Assembly: GCA_964632315.1 (NCBI GenBank)
Contig: CAZWEM010000034.1
Coordinates: forward strand, 1 to 51,009
From: an uncultured archaeon
Lineage (GTDB): Archaea; Asgardarchaeota; Lokiarchaeia; Sigyniarchaeales; SOKP01
Direction of reading: 5' to 3'
Length of the DNA: 51,009 bases
The translations under genes and the position numbers were made by a program. Below the pieces are notes generated by a model. That model did no database searches. It was given only the letters and a program-made list of their open reading frames with translations, and was not told the origin of the DNA. Below are positions 1 to 9,959 of the stretch, piece after piece (the stretch's first letter is position 1; each line of letters begins with the position of its first letter).

Positions 1-258
1 AAAACTCATTAGGAAAGCAAGAAGAGCTGGAACTCCGATAGTTCGAAAAGAAAAAGGATAATATCCAAAATAGGAGAATGGAGAGATTAACCACGTAGTT
101 TTTGAAAATAAAGCACCATTTCGAAGTGCTTGAGCCATCCACATGACTTGAAATGCATCCTTACCATACAAACGAGGATAATTAGCAAATAAAATAACGA
201 TTGCTGCCAATACAAGTATATAATAATAAAGATCAGTTTTCTGGAAATTCACTTTCAT
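1..258 (-). CDS. Partial (runs off window) integral membrane protein, GT-C-like glycosyltransferase
   Basis: Not in the ORF track. ATG at 258 opens MKVNFQKTDLYYYILVLAAIVILFANYPRLYGKDAFQVMWMAQALRNG...FGYYPFSFRTIGVPALLAFLMSF to the window edge. A TM helix followed by a GxD loop and a YP motif, as in the two other membrane proteins of this locus. Starts 10 nt after the stop of the NosD gene. Confidence 0.7.
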   Translation of the reverse strand, partial: MKVNFQKTDLYYYILVLAAIVILFANYPRLYGKDAFQVMWMAQALRNGALFSKTTWLISPFSYFGYYPFSFRTIGVPALLAFLMSF

Positions 259-268
259 AGAATTTGGC

Positions 269-2143
269 TCAAGAATTTTTCTTTTTTCTTTTAATTACAA
301 TTTTTTTAAAAGTTTTCAGGGTAATTTCTTTTTTTGAAATGATTTTATAGGATATAAAAGCGATATATAGACATAAACCAATGAGAAACACAATAGTGGC
401 AATAAAGAACACGTCAGGATATTTTTTATTCTCCAATATCCTTTCATAAATAGTACCGATTCCATTCCCGATTAGCATATTACCAGATATCGTATTATAT
501 GTACTATTATCAAGATATATCCCGTATTTTTGGTTATAACTGGCAGAATTTTCACTTATAGTATTATAATGGGAATCTAACAACCAAAATCCATGTTGAT
601 CGTTATTATTCGCACTATTATTGAAAAAAATGTTGAGATTAGAAGAACTAATGGTGAAACCGTTGAGATTTCCAGTAGCATTATTTTTTTTAAGAGTATT
701 GTTAAAGGAGGAGCTTATATAGAAGCCAAGGTATGTATTATCTTTCACTTGATTAGATGAAACGGTATTATTAGAAGAAGATTCAAGGCAGAAGCCATGT
801 CGGTTATTAGTGATGAAATTGCAGGTCAAATTATTATGAGCAGAATAATTTAAAGTCAAACCATTAATATTTCCAAAGGCTGTATTTCCAATTAAAGTGT
901 TGTTAAAGGAGTCTTTGAGATAAAACCCATATCGGTTATTAAATGCTATATTTTCTTCCAATCGCCCATTGGTGACGTTTTCAAGGAAGAATCCATTATA
1001 ATCACTTGTTTTACCTTCGCTTATGGTTACATTTCTTATAACGAAATAGAGGTTAGTATTCTTAATATAGATGCCGTGATCTATTGTAGCATAAATTGTG
1101 TAATTTTCGATAATATAGGGATTGGATATACTACCGTCCCCCGTAAAATTATTATCCATGGCTTTTTGATGAAAATCTTGGTTTCCATTAATGTAAATGA
1201 GGAATTTTACAGTAACTCTTATATGATTAGAATCGACATATCCATTAATATTAAATGCCCTTACATAATATCGATACGTTCCAACAGCAAGATCGGTGAG
1301 AGTATAATTAGTAGTGATTAAATTCTCTGCTAATATTACTCCATTTTGATACAGAGTATAATTATCGGCACCCCCTGAAACAGTCCAAGTTAAGTTAAAA
1401 GACCCATCAGCGTCGAATTCTCCACAATCAGAAGTTAAGAAAAAGGTCTCAGGGTTATACACGTTATCTTTAAAATAATTTCCCACACAATTGACTTCAA
1501 AAATGCTTCTGAATTGATTGAAAAAGAGTGAATTTCCCGTAATATTATTGTAGTTGCTATTATCCAAGTAAATCCCATATTCTAAATTGCTATTAATGGT
1601 ACTGTTGGCCAATGTGTTATCATGAGAATGCAAGAAGCGAAAGCCGTGCAGGTTACTATTTGCTCTATTATCAGTAAAGGTGTTATTAAAAGAATCCGTG
1701 AGGATAAAACCTGCGAGGTTGTTATTTGCGGTATTATTTTTGAAAATTCCATTAGATACATTAAACAAATAAAAACCATGAAAATAATTGGATAACCCAT
1801 TTGTTATGGATACATTTTGCACGATAAAATGGAGATTTGTATTTCGAATTTCTATTCCGTTTTTGGTTGACGCGGAAATGTTATAATATTCAATAATATA
1901 GGGATTATTAGGCGTTCCATCTCCATTCCATCCCTCACTTGTTGCTGTTGCTACAAACATCGGATTTCCATTAATATAGATTGATTCATTAAATCCAGAT
2001 AGATGTGGGGTAATTGGAGATTTACTATCAAATGAATTGTAGTCGGAACTTTCTGGATAAGGGAAGATGGAAAGAAATAAAGGGGTTCCTATTACAAATG
2101 TTGTGAGAAATAAAACAATAATAGGGAATTTTTTACTTTTCAT
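269..2143 (-). CDS. Membrane-anchored surface protein with two NosD/CASH parallel beta-helix modules separated by an FN3-like domain
   Basis: N-terminal signal/TM. Two copies of IYINGN...GDG(T/S)xxNPYIIExYxI followed by GxxLxxSxNNT beta-helix repeats. Central WT...Y.LYQNG...Y.YYVRAFN FN3-like segment. C-terminal TM plus basic tail. Confidence 0.85.
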   Translation of the reverse strand: MKSKKFPIIVLFLTTFVIGTPLFLSIFPYPESSDYNSFDSKSPITPHLSGFNESIYINGNPMFVATATSEGWNGDGTPNNPYIIEYYNISASTKNGIEIRNTNLHFIVQNVSITNGLSNYFHGFYLFNVSNGIFKNNTANNNLAGFILTDSFNNTFTDNRANSNLHGFRFLHSHDNTLANSTINSNLEYGIYLDNSNYNNITGNSLFFNQFRSIFEVNCVGNYFKDNVYNPETFFLTSDCGEFDADGSFNLTWTVSGGADNYTLYQNGVILAENLITTNYTLTDLAVGTYRYYVRAFNINGYVDSNHIRVTVKFLIYINGNQDFHQKAMDNNFTGDGSISNPYIIENYTIYATIDHGIYIKNTNLYFVIRNVTISEGKTSDYNGFFLENVTNGRLEENIAFNNRYGFYLKDSFNNTLIGNTAFGNINGLTLNYSAHNNLTCNFITNNRHGFCLESSSNNTVSSNQVKDNTYLGFYISSSFNNTLKKNNATGNLNGFTISSSNLNIFFNNSANNNDQHGFWLLDSHYNTISENSASYNQKYGIYLDNSTYNTISGNMLIGNGIGTIYERILENKKYPDVFFIATIVFLIGLCLYIAFISYKIISKKEITLKTFKKIVIKRKKKNS

Positions 2144-2465
2144 GGTAGAAGCAAATAGTTGTAATTGTGATGATATTAAAAATGAATTGATTTACTGTGC
2201 AATGTTCTGGCTTTATTTTAAGTAAATAATTGAGATATATTTAATTTATTATTGAAGATAATAAAATTTGAAATATTAAAAAAATTCTTATTTGCTGAAA
2301 ACTAACCGAGTTATCACAATCTTTTAAGGTTGGGATTTGATACCTATTTAATTGGTATCTCTTTTTCGAGGAAAACAAGTAAAAGCAAGCAAAATAGAAG
2401 CATTACTAACTCAATCCTTATTTTATTGTTCAAATTTATATAACGATCTTTCTTTCTATTTTGTA

Positions 2466-4394
2466 ATGTCAATTATCCTACAAATTGTAATTACCTATAG
2501 TTTATTTTTTTCATTTGTAGTGATGGTGAGCATCTTAGGGGTTGTAGTTCTCAAGATTGTCAAACCCTTAATAAAATTGAAGGATGAACTGTTCCACGTG
2601 AGATATTTTTATATCTTTTTTTTGGTAGGTCTTATTCTATACCTTACTTGGGGGTATGTCTCGATTTTTTTTAATTCTTTTAACTTTTATACGATCTACT
2701 TACCGTTGCTCGTTAATTCCTCAATATATATAGTAATAAAATTCTTGAAAGGACATCCGATCGATAAAAAATTAAAGCAGATGAGGTTATTCGTAAAAAA
2801 TAATCGAAATAATCTTTTACAAATATTACTCATTTTTATTAGCATAATTATACTTCAATTTTTACTGATGGGTCCCATATTATTCCAGAATATCTCCTTA
2901 CTAAGTAAAGACCCATATTATTGGACGAAAAGTGTTCTTTTTTTGAAACAAAATGGGTTTATAAACACGGCGAGACAGGGGGGTGGTTATCCCCTTGGAT
3001 TCAATTTATTTTGTGGTGCTTGCACGCTGATAAGCCCTGATTTTATCACTACATACTATTTCATGAAATTGGGGGGACTTCCCTTCCTCACGCTATATTT
3101 AATTCTAATATTCATTGTGTTAAAGAAAGTGATAAAAAATAAGGGTATCTTATTCTTATCTTTAGTTCTGTGTATTTCCAATGTTTATTTCATGTATCGT
3201 ATAACCATGTTCTTGTCGTCATCGCTTTCAGTCTTATTAATTCTCATTGGAACATTAATTTTCATCACACCTGAAATTCATAACTATCTATTAGGATTTG
3301 TATTAGCGGGTTCATTTTTATTTAATCCGGTGTACACTCTCTTTTTTATAATTACGTTGTTAATTTTTTATGGCATAGAGTTCTTTAAGAAGAAAGGGAT
3401 GAGAAAGGATATCTTCAAGGAAATATTGTTTTTAGGTATCATTGCGTTAGGATCTTTAGTTAGTTACTTTTTGAGTTTAGGATTGATTTTCAACACGAAC
3501 CTTCTTAGCGTTATCATGAATTACATCAGGTTAGTGAATCTTCCAGGTAAGGTTCAAACCATATTTTCCGTTAATTTAGAGGTGATTAATGAAACCTTTT
3601 CGATAAATATCCCCCAGCTGATTTCAGATATTTTATATTATGGATTATTACACGTCGTTCCAATCTTTTTGGTGATGATGAAATTTCGCATTGATCAAAC
3701 CGAGAATAAACAAGTAAAGACAGATTTTAAGCTCTTTCTGCAGATAACGGTTATACTTATTCCCATAGTCTTGGTAATTACATCTTTTTTGACTTTAAAC
3801 ACCTTTTTTGAAATCTTTTTCTTGAGAATTGTTGAGGGATTTAATGTATTTATTGTGGTTGCATTAGGATTAGTTTTTTCAAGATTCTATTCGAAGTTAA
3901 TTTCATTTAAGGCTAAGTTTAGGTTTAACTTGTCAAATAAACAAGTTAAAGCGGCAATGAGGGTTTTTCCTAAAAATAGCTGGAAGGCAATATCAATGGT
4001 GATCTTGTTTCTTTTCACATTTTTAGCATATACATATGCCTATAATAATTTCATATATATATACTTGTATGATGATTCAATGACAAATTGCGTGTTTTAC
4101 ATACAGCAGAATTATGAGCCAAACACGAAAGTAGGCACGTATGAAATTAATACTACCTCTCATGATGTATATGATTTATTGTTTGATTATGACTTGTACT
4201 TTTATAACCAGTTTGATCATTGGACATTTGAAGATTTTTGGAATTATACCCAAGTCAATAGCCTCCAAGCGGTGATAATTAAGCTGGATTTTTTCAATGC
4301 TACATTTATTGAAAAATTTTATAACGAATCTAGCTTTGAGCAAGTTGCGGGTGGGAAGAATTTAGTTGATTATCAATTATTTGAAATTCTTTGA
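2466..4394 (+). CDS. Polytopic membrane protein, putative GT-C glycosyltransferase
   Basis: More than 12 hydrophobic segments, SKDPYYW and GYPLGF loop motifs, C-terminal soluble domain. ORF is open from TTG 2352; ATG 2466 chosen as the more plausible start. Confidence 0.6.
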   Translation: MSIILQIVITYSLFFSFVVMVSILGVVVLKIVKPLIKLKDELFHVRYFYIFFLVGLILYLTWGYVSIFFNSFNFYTIYLPLLVNSSIYIVIKFLKGHPIDKKLKQMRLFVKNNRNNLLQILLIFISIIILQFLLMGPILFQNISLLSKDPYYWTKSVLFLKQNGFINTARQGGGYPLGFNLFCGACTLISPDFITTYYFMKLGGLPFLTLYLILIFIVLKKVIKNKGILFLSLVLCISNVYFMYRITMFLSSSLSVLLILIGTLIFITPEIHNYLLGFVLAGSFLFNPVYTLFFIITLLIFYGIEFFKKKGMRKDIFKEILFLGIIALGSLVSYFLSLGLIFNTNLLSVIMNYIRLVNLPGKVQTIFSVNLEVINETFSINIPQLISDILYYGLLHVVPIFLVMMKFRIDQTENKQVKTDFKLFLQITVILIPIVLVITSFLTLNTFFEIFFLRIVEGFNVFIVVALGLVFSRFYSKLISFKAKFRFNLSNKQVKAAMRVFPKNSWKAISMVILFLFTFLAYTYAYNNFIYIYLYDDSMTNCVFYIQQNYEPNTKVGTYEINTTSHDVYDLLFDYDLYFYNQFDHWTFEDFWNYTQVNSLQAVIIKLDFFNATFIEKFYNESSFEQVAGGKNLVDYQLFEIL

Positions 4395-4539
4395 CCCATA
4401 CTAAAATTAAATAAGATAGGCATACCTTATAATCTAGAATAAAGATTCTTTATAAGATTTTAAATACCTTAATAATCATCAAGATAAAGATTCAGTTCGA
4501 AAAATAGTCTGAGCTTTTTGATTGTTAAAGTATGGTTAA

Positions 4540-5478
4540 TTGAAAAAATTGAAAGCAAAAGAAATTAAAAGCGGAAAGGGGCAATTCGATACTGATTTCA
4601 AATTTCTCTTTGAATTGTTAGGAAGAAATGGAGTAAAATCCAATGGAGCATTAATTTCAATTGTGATTCCTGTTTATAATGAGGAAAAATCCGTAAAAGC
4701 AGTCCTATCTAATTTACCGAATCATGAAAGTATCGAAGTTATAGTAGTAGATGATAATTCTACGGATAATAGTCTAAAGGAGATTAAAGCAGTTCAAGGG
4801 GATTATAATCTAAAGTTAAAAATAATAAAACATAAAAAGAATCAAGGATATGGAAGGGCTTTACTCACGGGAATTGCAAAATCAACCGGAGAAATCATCC
4901 TCACCATGGATTCTGATGGTCAGCACCGTGCTGAGGATCTTTTCAACTTGGTTGAGCCCATTCTCGCGAACGGCGCAGATATTACCGTGGGCTCGCGCTA
5001 TATGGGAACATATAACTATAAACTTCCTCTTTCCACAAGAATTGGAGAAGCTGTTATTGAAAAGTTCATTTCAATTCTTTTCAGACAAAAAATCATGAAC
5101 AATCAAGGGGGATTTCGGGCGTTTCATAAAAAAACGCGAAAGATATTCGAAGATATTAGGTTTGAGGATTATGCATTTACTACTGAACTATTACTAAAGG
5201 CAGCATTATCTAAATTTAAAATAAAGGAAGTACCGATACATTTACTAGATCGAGAGCATGGTTCCTCAAAAATTATTCTCACAAAGCTGATCTTGCATAT
5301 AATGTTATGTGTTGTCTATTACACCATTCAATGGGTAAATAGACCATACATAAACAAATGGATGATAAAGCGAGTAAGCTTTCTTAAAAAGCTTCCTATA
5401 TATGGCAAGCCTAAAAGGATTCAGAGGATACCTTCAGAGGGAGATAAGATAATTTCTGTAGCGTACTATGTGAAATAA
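4540..5478 (+). CDS. GT2 glycosyltransferase, DPM1/polyprenol-phosphate glycosyltransferase-like
   Basis: SIVIPVYNEE, VVDDNSTD, NQGYGRAL, MDSDGQH, GSRY, GFRAF and EVPI..R..G.SK motifs. Confidence 0.9.
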   Translation: MKKLKAKEIKSGKGQFDTDFKFLFELLGRNGVKSNGALISIVIPVYNEEKSVKAVLSNLPNHESIEVIVVDDNSTDNSLKEIKAVQGDYNLKLKIIKHKKNQGYGRALLTGIAKSTGEIILTMDSDGQHRAEDLFNLVEPILANGADITVGSRYMGTYNYKLPLSTRIGEAVIEKFISILFRQKIMNNQGGFRAFHKKTRKIFEDIRFEDYAFTTELLLKAALSKFKIKEVPIHLLDREHGSSKIILTKLILHIMLCVVYYTIQWVNRPYINKWMIKRVSFLKKLPIYGKPKRIQRIPSEGDKIISVAYYVK

Positions 5479-5599
5479 AGTTAAGCGTGAGCTTGATACT
5501 CATATTAAGGGATATCCAATAAATTTAAATTTTATTTTCCTCTCTTCTTATTAAATCTTACTTTTTAAATTCGATATAATTCAAAAGGGAGTGTGAATC

Positions 5600-6439
5600 G
5601 TGGGCACATATAATTCGGAAACGGATTTCGGTTTGCACTCTCAGAAAAAAAGATCAAATGAACTAAGGGGGAATGGTTCATATAAAAAGTTATATGAGCA
5701 CTTAGACAAGCATGCAAATGGAAAAATTCCCCTTTTATCGATCATTCTACCGGTTTATAATGAACAAAACACGATTAGGAGATTATTGGAGAGATTACCC
5801 CATCATGATGCGATAGAAATCATTGTGGTTGATGATCACTCTACGGATAATAGTTTAGCAGAAATTAAGAAAGTTAAAGATCATGGAATTCTCCACGTTC
5901 TTGAGCATAGGACGAATAGAGGTTATGGAGCGGCGCTAAATACAGGTATTCACTATTCAAAAGGGGAAATATTTCTTACCATGGATTCTGATGGACAACA
6001 TCGCCCAAAGGATATTTTTACTCTGGTTGAACCAATCCTTAAAGGTGAAGCAGACATTACAATTGGATCTCGCTACAAGGGCTCTTACAATTATGAACTC
6101 CCGATCGTAAAGCGGTTTGGAGAGGCAATTTTAGAGATTGGGATAAGATTCTTTTTTGGTCAAAAGGTGAAAAATAATCAAAGTGGATTTCGAGCGTTTC
6201 ACAGGAAGACTTTTTCTATTTTTGAGAATATTCGCTTTGAGGGGTATGCGTTTACCACGGAATTGATATTAGCTGCTGCTTTGCGAGATTTACGCATTAA
6301 AGAGGTCCCGATCGATTTATTAGGGAGAAAACATGGCTCTTCATATATAATATTATACAAGCTGTTAGCTTCACTATTTATATGCATGTACATGTACATC
6401 TTATTAAATGCGAAACGTTTAGTTAAAAAACGATTTTAA
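5600..6439 (+). CDS. GT2 glycosyltransferase, DPM1-like; tandem paralogue of the upstream gene
   Basis: SIILPVYNE, VDDHSTD, MDSDGQH, GSRY, SGFRAF motifs; long shared stretches with 4540..5478. Confidence 0.9.
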   Translation: MGTYNSETDFGLHSQKKRSNELRGNGSYKKLYEHLDKHANGKIPLLSIILPVYNEQNTIRRLLERLPHHDAIEIIVVDDHSTDNSLAEIKKVKDHGILHVLEHRTNRGYGAALNTGIHYSKGEIFLTMDSDGQHRPKDIFTLVEPILKGEADITIGSRYKGSYNYELPIVKRFGEAILEIGIRFFFGQKVKNNQSGFRAFHRKTFSIFENIRFEGYAFTTELILAAALRDLRIKEVPIDLLGRKHGSSYIILYKLLASLFICMYMYILLNAKRLVKKRF

Positions 6440-6504
6440 GCTTTGAAAATTTCAAGTTTATTCTAGACCAGGTAAAATTTTAAGGTTAAAGTTTATCGAA
6501 AAGT

Positions 6505-8115
6505 TTAATCTTTAATCTTTTCTCGTTTTCTTATAAAAAAATTAGCTACTTTAATTAATGTAGGTAGAAACTTATTCAGTAGGGGAATTTTTTGAAATTC
6601 CTGCATAAAAAATTTGATTTCAGTGTAGTTTATCAAGTTTATCCTTATCAATACTAAAAAATACGAGAAATAATAGAGAATAAACGCTAATCCACAAATT
6701 AACAAAATCATAAATTCATTATTCAGTACAATAAATTTTTCGACTAAAAGATATCCAAGGAGCATGATAAAGCTTAGTACTCCAGAAATAAGAATTGTTA
6801 ATGAAATTTGTCTACCCTCTGAAAGAAGAGCCCTTCCAAATTTCTTTTTGAGAAGAACTAGTCCAAAAATTAAACCTAAAAAAGCACCTAAACTAATTCC
6901 GAAAGCATATCCATTACTCTGAAAAATTAATGAAAACAGTATAGCGAGGGAGATGCTAAAGACAAAAGATAGAAACTCAATGTGAAAGGCTAAACGAGGC
7001 TTTTTTTGCCCAAAAAAGAAAGGGGGTATTACATTCATTCCAAAAGCAAGTGGGAAAAACGAGATTAAAAATGTTGATATGAATTGGCTACTTGCTGAGT
7101 AATTTGAACCGAAGAACACAGGGATTAATTTACTCGCAAAAAACACGCTGTAGAATACTACAGGAGTGATAAATAGGATTGAAAATTTGAGGGAATAATG
7201 AAAAACTTGAATTAAATTCTTTCTTTCTTCAGGTTTATCCCATGAGAGTCTAGTAAACATGGGAGTGACTGAAAGTCTTATAGGTCGTAAAATGAGATAA
7301 AATATGCTTGAAACAGAAACAGCTGCTTTGAGATAACTCACTTCAGAAAAAAAGCTAAACAACGTCAAAGTCAGAATAAAGAAGTAATTCTTGGTATTAC
7401 TGATGATTGAATTTAGCGAATAAAAAAAGCCCCTTTTAATTATAAGAGAGGTAAAGGCCCATTCAATTTTTTCCTTCCTTCTTTTGTGTAATAAGCCCTT
7501 TTTATAGAGATACAATATGCCCAACAATCCAACACAAAAAGTTGAAATTACTAATGCTACTATCGCTCCATAAAATCTGATGCCAAAAAAGACGAAAAAA
7601 AGCGTTATAATGAATTGAAGCGCAATTTGAATGTTTTTTAGAGAAACTAAAATCCCCATACTCATTAATCCTTGTAAGATTGCTAGTACCGCTTCAAATA
7701 TGTTTTTTGCAAATAATAATAGGGAAGAAAATTGTACGATTTCAATTATAGATTGAAGATGTATTCCAAGGAGAGGTGAAATGACTGATTGGGAAAGAAA
7801 AAATATGATAAGAGATAAAATTAACCCAATTAGTGATTTCGTAATCAAAGTAATTTTCATTATATTCCGAGTCTTATGCTTTTGGTTTGTTTTACTGAAC
7901 CGAGCCACATAATACACACAACCATAAAATAGACCCAGATCAGTCATATATGCCAAGATCATGGGAAAAATTAAAATTCGATTAAAGTAACTGTATTCTG
8001 CTACAGAAAGAAAACGAATAAGAAAGAGATTGAAAGCCATCAAGAGAATAAAATTGATGGACTCTCCAATTAATAGAATTTTTGTATTTCGCGTAAATTC
8101 CCTTGTTTCTCCCAT
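6505..8115 (-). CDS. Oligosaccharide flippase (Wzx/MOP superfamily)
   Basis: About 14 TM segments; R.LS..EY, DLGL and FG..Y patterns typical of polysaccharide biosynthesis exporters; lies in a GT cluster. Confidence 0.8.
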   Translation of the reverse strand: MGETREFTRNTKILLIGESINFILLMAFNLFLIRFLSVAEYSYFNRILIFPMILAYMTDLGLFYGCVYYVARFSKTNQKHKTRNIMKITLITKSLIGLILSLIIFFLSQSVISPLLGIHLQSIIEIVQFSSLLLFAKNIFEAVLAILQGLMSMGILVSLKNIQIALQFIITLFFVFFGIRFYGAIVALVISTFCVGLLGILYLYKKGLLHKRRKEKIEWAFTSLIIKRGFFYSLNSIISNTKNYFFILTLTLFSFFSEVSYLKAAVSVSSIFYLILRPIRLSVTPMFTRLSWDKPEERKNLIQVFHYSLKFSILFITPVVFYSVFFASKLIPVFFGSNYSASSQFISTFLISFFPLAFGMNVIPPFFFGQKKPRLAFHIEFLSFVFSISLAILFSLIFQSNGYAFGISLGAFLGLIFGLVLLKKKFGRALLSEGRQISLTILISGVLSFIMLLGYLLVEKFIVLNNEFMILLICGLAFILYYFSYFLVLIRINLINYTEIKFFMQEFQKIPLLNKFLPTLIKVANFFIRKREKIKD

Positions 8116-8360
8116 ATTTTTATCTATAGTAGGTGTAGGATCGATAATCCTTAAAATTATTGATTGGTTAAGTGATTAGTCAATGATTTGATCACACTTG
8201 TAAAATCGAACTTTAGCACCATAATAATACGTTTGAGTGGGTTTTTACTAATATACTAGCGTTTTAGTTTATTAATAAAAAACCAAATTATTATCCCCAA
8301 ATTTCATTAATTAAAAACAATTTCACATTGAATTTGAAAAGAGTTATTCTTTCGTTAAGT

Positions 8361-9869
8361 TTAACTCGTTTTTTGCGAATCTTTAGAGAGTTTCCGATTT
8401 TTTGTATTGGTAATGGTTTCTTCTTTGATATAATCTATCATTTCTTTTGGATTGATCACGCTAATGAGATATCTAAAGTCTTTTTTTGTAAAGAGTTTTG
8501 TGAAAATAAGGAATCCTAAATAAATAGCTAAAATCACCAAAATGATGATAATCCGGAAGAAAAAAGGAAAGTTAAAACTAAACAAGAAGAGGCTGATAAG
8601 AATCATGCCTAAAATGACGAGTAGATTAAGTCCATATTTTAAGTTCATTTTCCCTGATCCAAAGTATTTAAAACAGTAATATCGTATAAATATAGCTTGG
8701 GGAATAATAGAAATCCAACTTCCTAAATTGATGCCGACGATGTTAAATAATGGGATGAAAAAAATCCAAGAAGCTATTGCGAACACTAAAGAAAGAAGCA
8801 GATTAAAAGTATAAACTTTAAATTTTGCAGCTGCAACAATTAAAGGGGTATAAGGTCCTATTAATGAAAAACTCATTAAGCTTATGAGATATCCCACGTA
8901 TAGGATTAAACCAGAATCTATATCAAGTAAATGTAAGAAATAATCCCCGAACATAATACCCACTACTATAATGGTTCCATTTAGTATAGCCATGTATTTT
9001 TCGAATAAGACCATGGACTTCTTGATGTCGTCAAATTTCTTATTCTGTATTAATATTGAGTAATTAGGTATGAGTAATGAACGAAATACTTGCTGTATTC
9101 CTAAGATCATGAGAAAGAAATTTGAAATGATATTATACACGCCAAGTAAGTTTTCATTATAATTTTGAAGAAAAATTAGCGGTCCTAAATTATTTATTAT
9201 CACATTCAAAAAGAATGGTAAAACAAAAACGATATCTAATTTAAAATACCTTAAGAGAAGAGGTTTATTGATTTTGGTTAATTTAAATTCTCTTCCATTG
9301 TAAATGCATAAAGCCAAAGTAAATAGATTGGAAACAATGGTATTTAATAAATATAAAATGAAGTTATGTAGGATAAGAATTGCAATTAATCCAAATACCA
9401 AACCAAATATCTGACCAATAATTGTAGCCATTTCCTTTTTAGCGATTTTGAATGTTGCTTGAAAACTATAATAATATACCATGAGAATGCTTATTATCAT
9501 GCGATCAAAGAAGACAACTATTACGATGGTAATTTGTTGTATATTGTTAGAAATTATGTAAGCATTTAAAGAGAATATAATGATAAATATGAAGGTAATA
9601 CTCGAGATAATTAAAAGGAAGATTTTTAAGTAAAAGTATGTTGAAAAAGCAATACTCTTCTCCTTCTGCTCAGCCATTAATTTTAAGTGAGCAGTTGACA
9701 AATTGAGATCAGAAAAAAACAAAAAGAATGCTAATAGTGATTGTGCGACTGTTAAATAACCAAATTCAAAATGCTGAAAATTATTTGCTGCAAGGATCAA
9801 AATTATACCTTGAGCAAAACGAATGAAGAGTAAAGAGAACACAGATAAAAATGTTTTTCTTCCCAGCAT
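8361..9869 (-). CDS. Oligosaccharide flippase (Wzx/MOP superfamily), second copy
   Basis: 12-14 TM segments; EFGYL..A, FSDLNL and LGVY motifs. Confidence 0.8.
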   Translation of the reverse strand: MLGRKTFLSVFSLLFIRFAQGIILILAANNFQHFEFGYLTVAQSLLAFFLFFSDLNLSTAHLKLMAEQKEKSIAFSTYFYLKIFLLIISSITFIFIIIFSLNAYIISNNIQQITIVIVVFFDRMIISILMVYYYSFQATFKIAKKEMATIIGQIFGLVFGLIAILILHNFILYLLNTIVSNLFTLALCIYNGREFKLTKINKPLLLRYFKLDIVFVLPFFLNVIINNLGPLIFLQNYNENLLGVYNIISNFFLMILGIQQVFRSLLIPNYSILIQNKKFDDIKKSMVLFEKYMAILNGTIIVVGIMFGDYFLHLLDIDSGLILYVGYLISLMSFSLIGPYTPLIVAAAKFKVYTFNLLLSLVFAIASWIFFIPLFNIVGINLGSWISIIPQAIFIRYYCFKYFGSGKMNLKYGLNLLVILGMILISLFLFSFNFPFFFRIIIILVILAIYLGFLIFTKLFTKKDFRYLISVINPKEMIDYIKEETITNTKNRKLSKDSQKTS

Positions 9870-9959
9870 TTAAGATTTTAAATCGCTGAAGGAATAAAAA
9901 CTTAATTGCATCCCAAAAGTTTTTCTAACTTATAATTCTCTAATTAAGACGCATCGTTT

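Noticed and set aside
2144-2465. AT-rich intergenic regions (also 8116-8360, 27462-27650, 46590-46940) as tRNA/ncRNA or defined promoters
   Set aside because: No GC-rich stems or cloverleaf; TATA-like hexamers are too frequent in this AT-rich DNA to assign individually.
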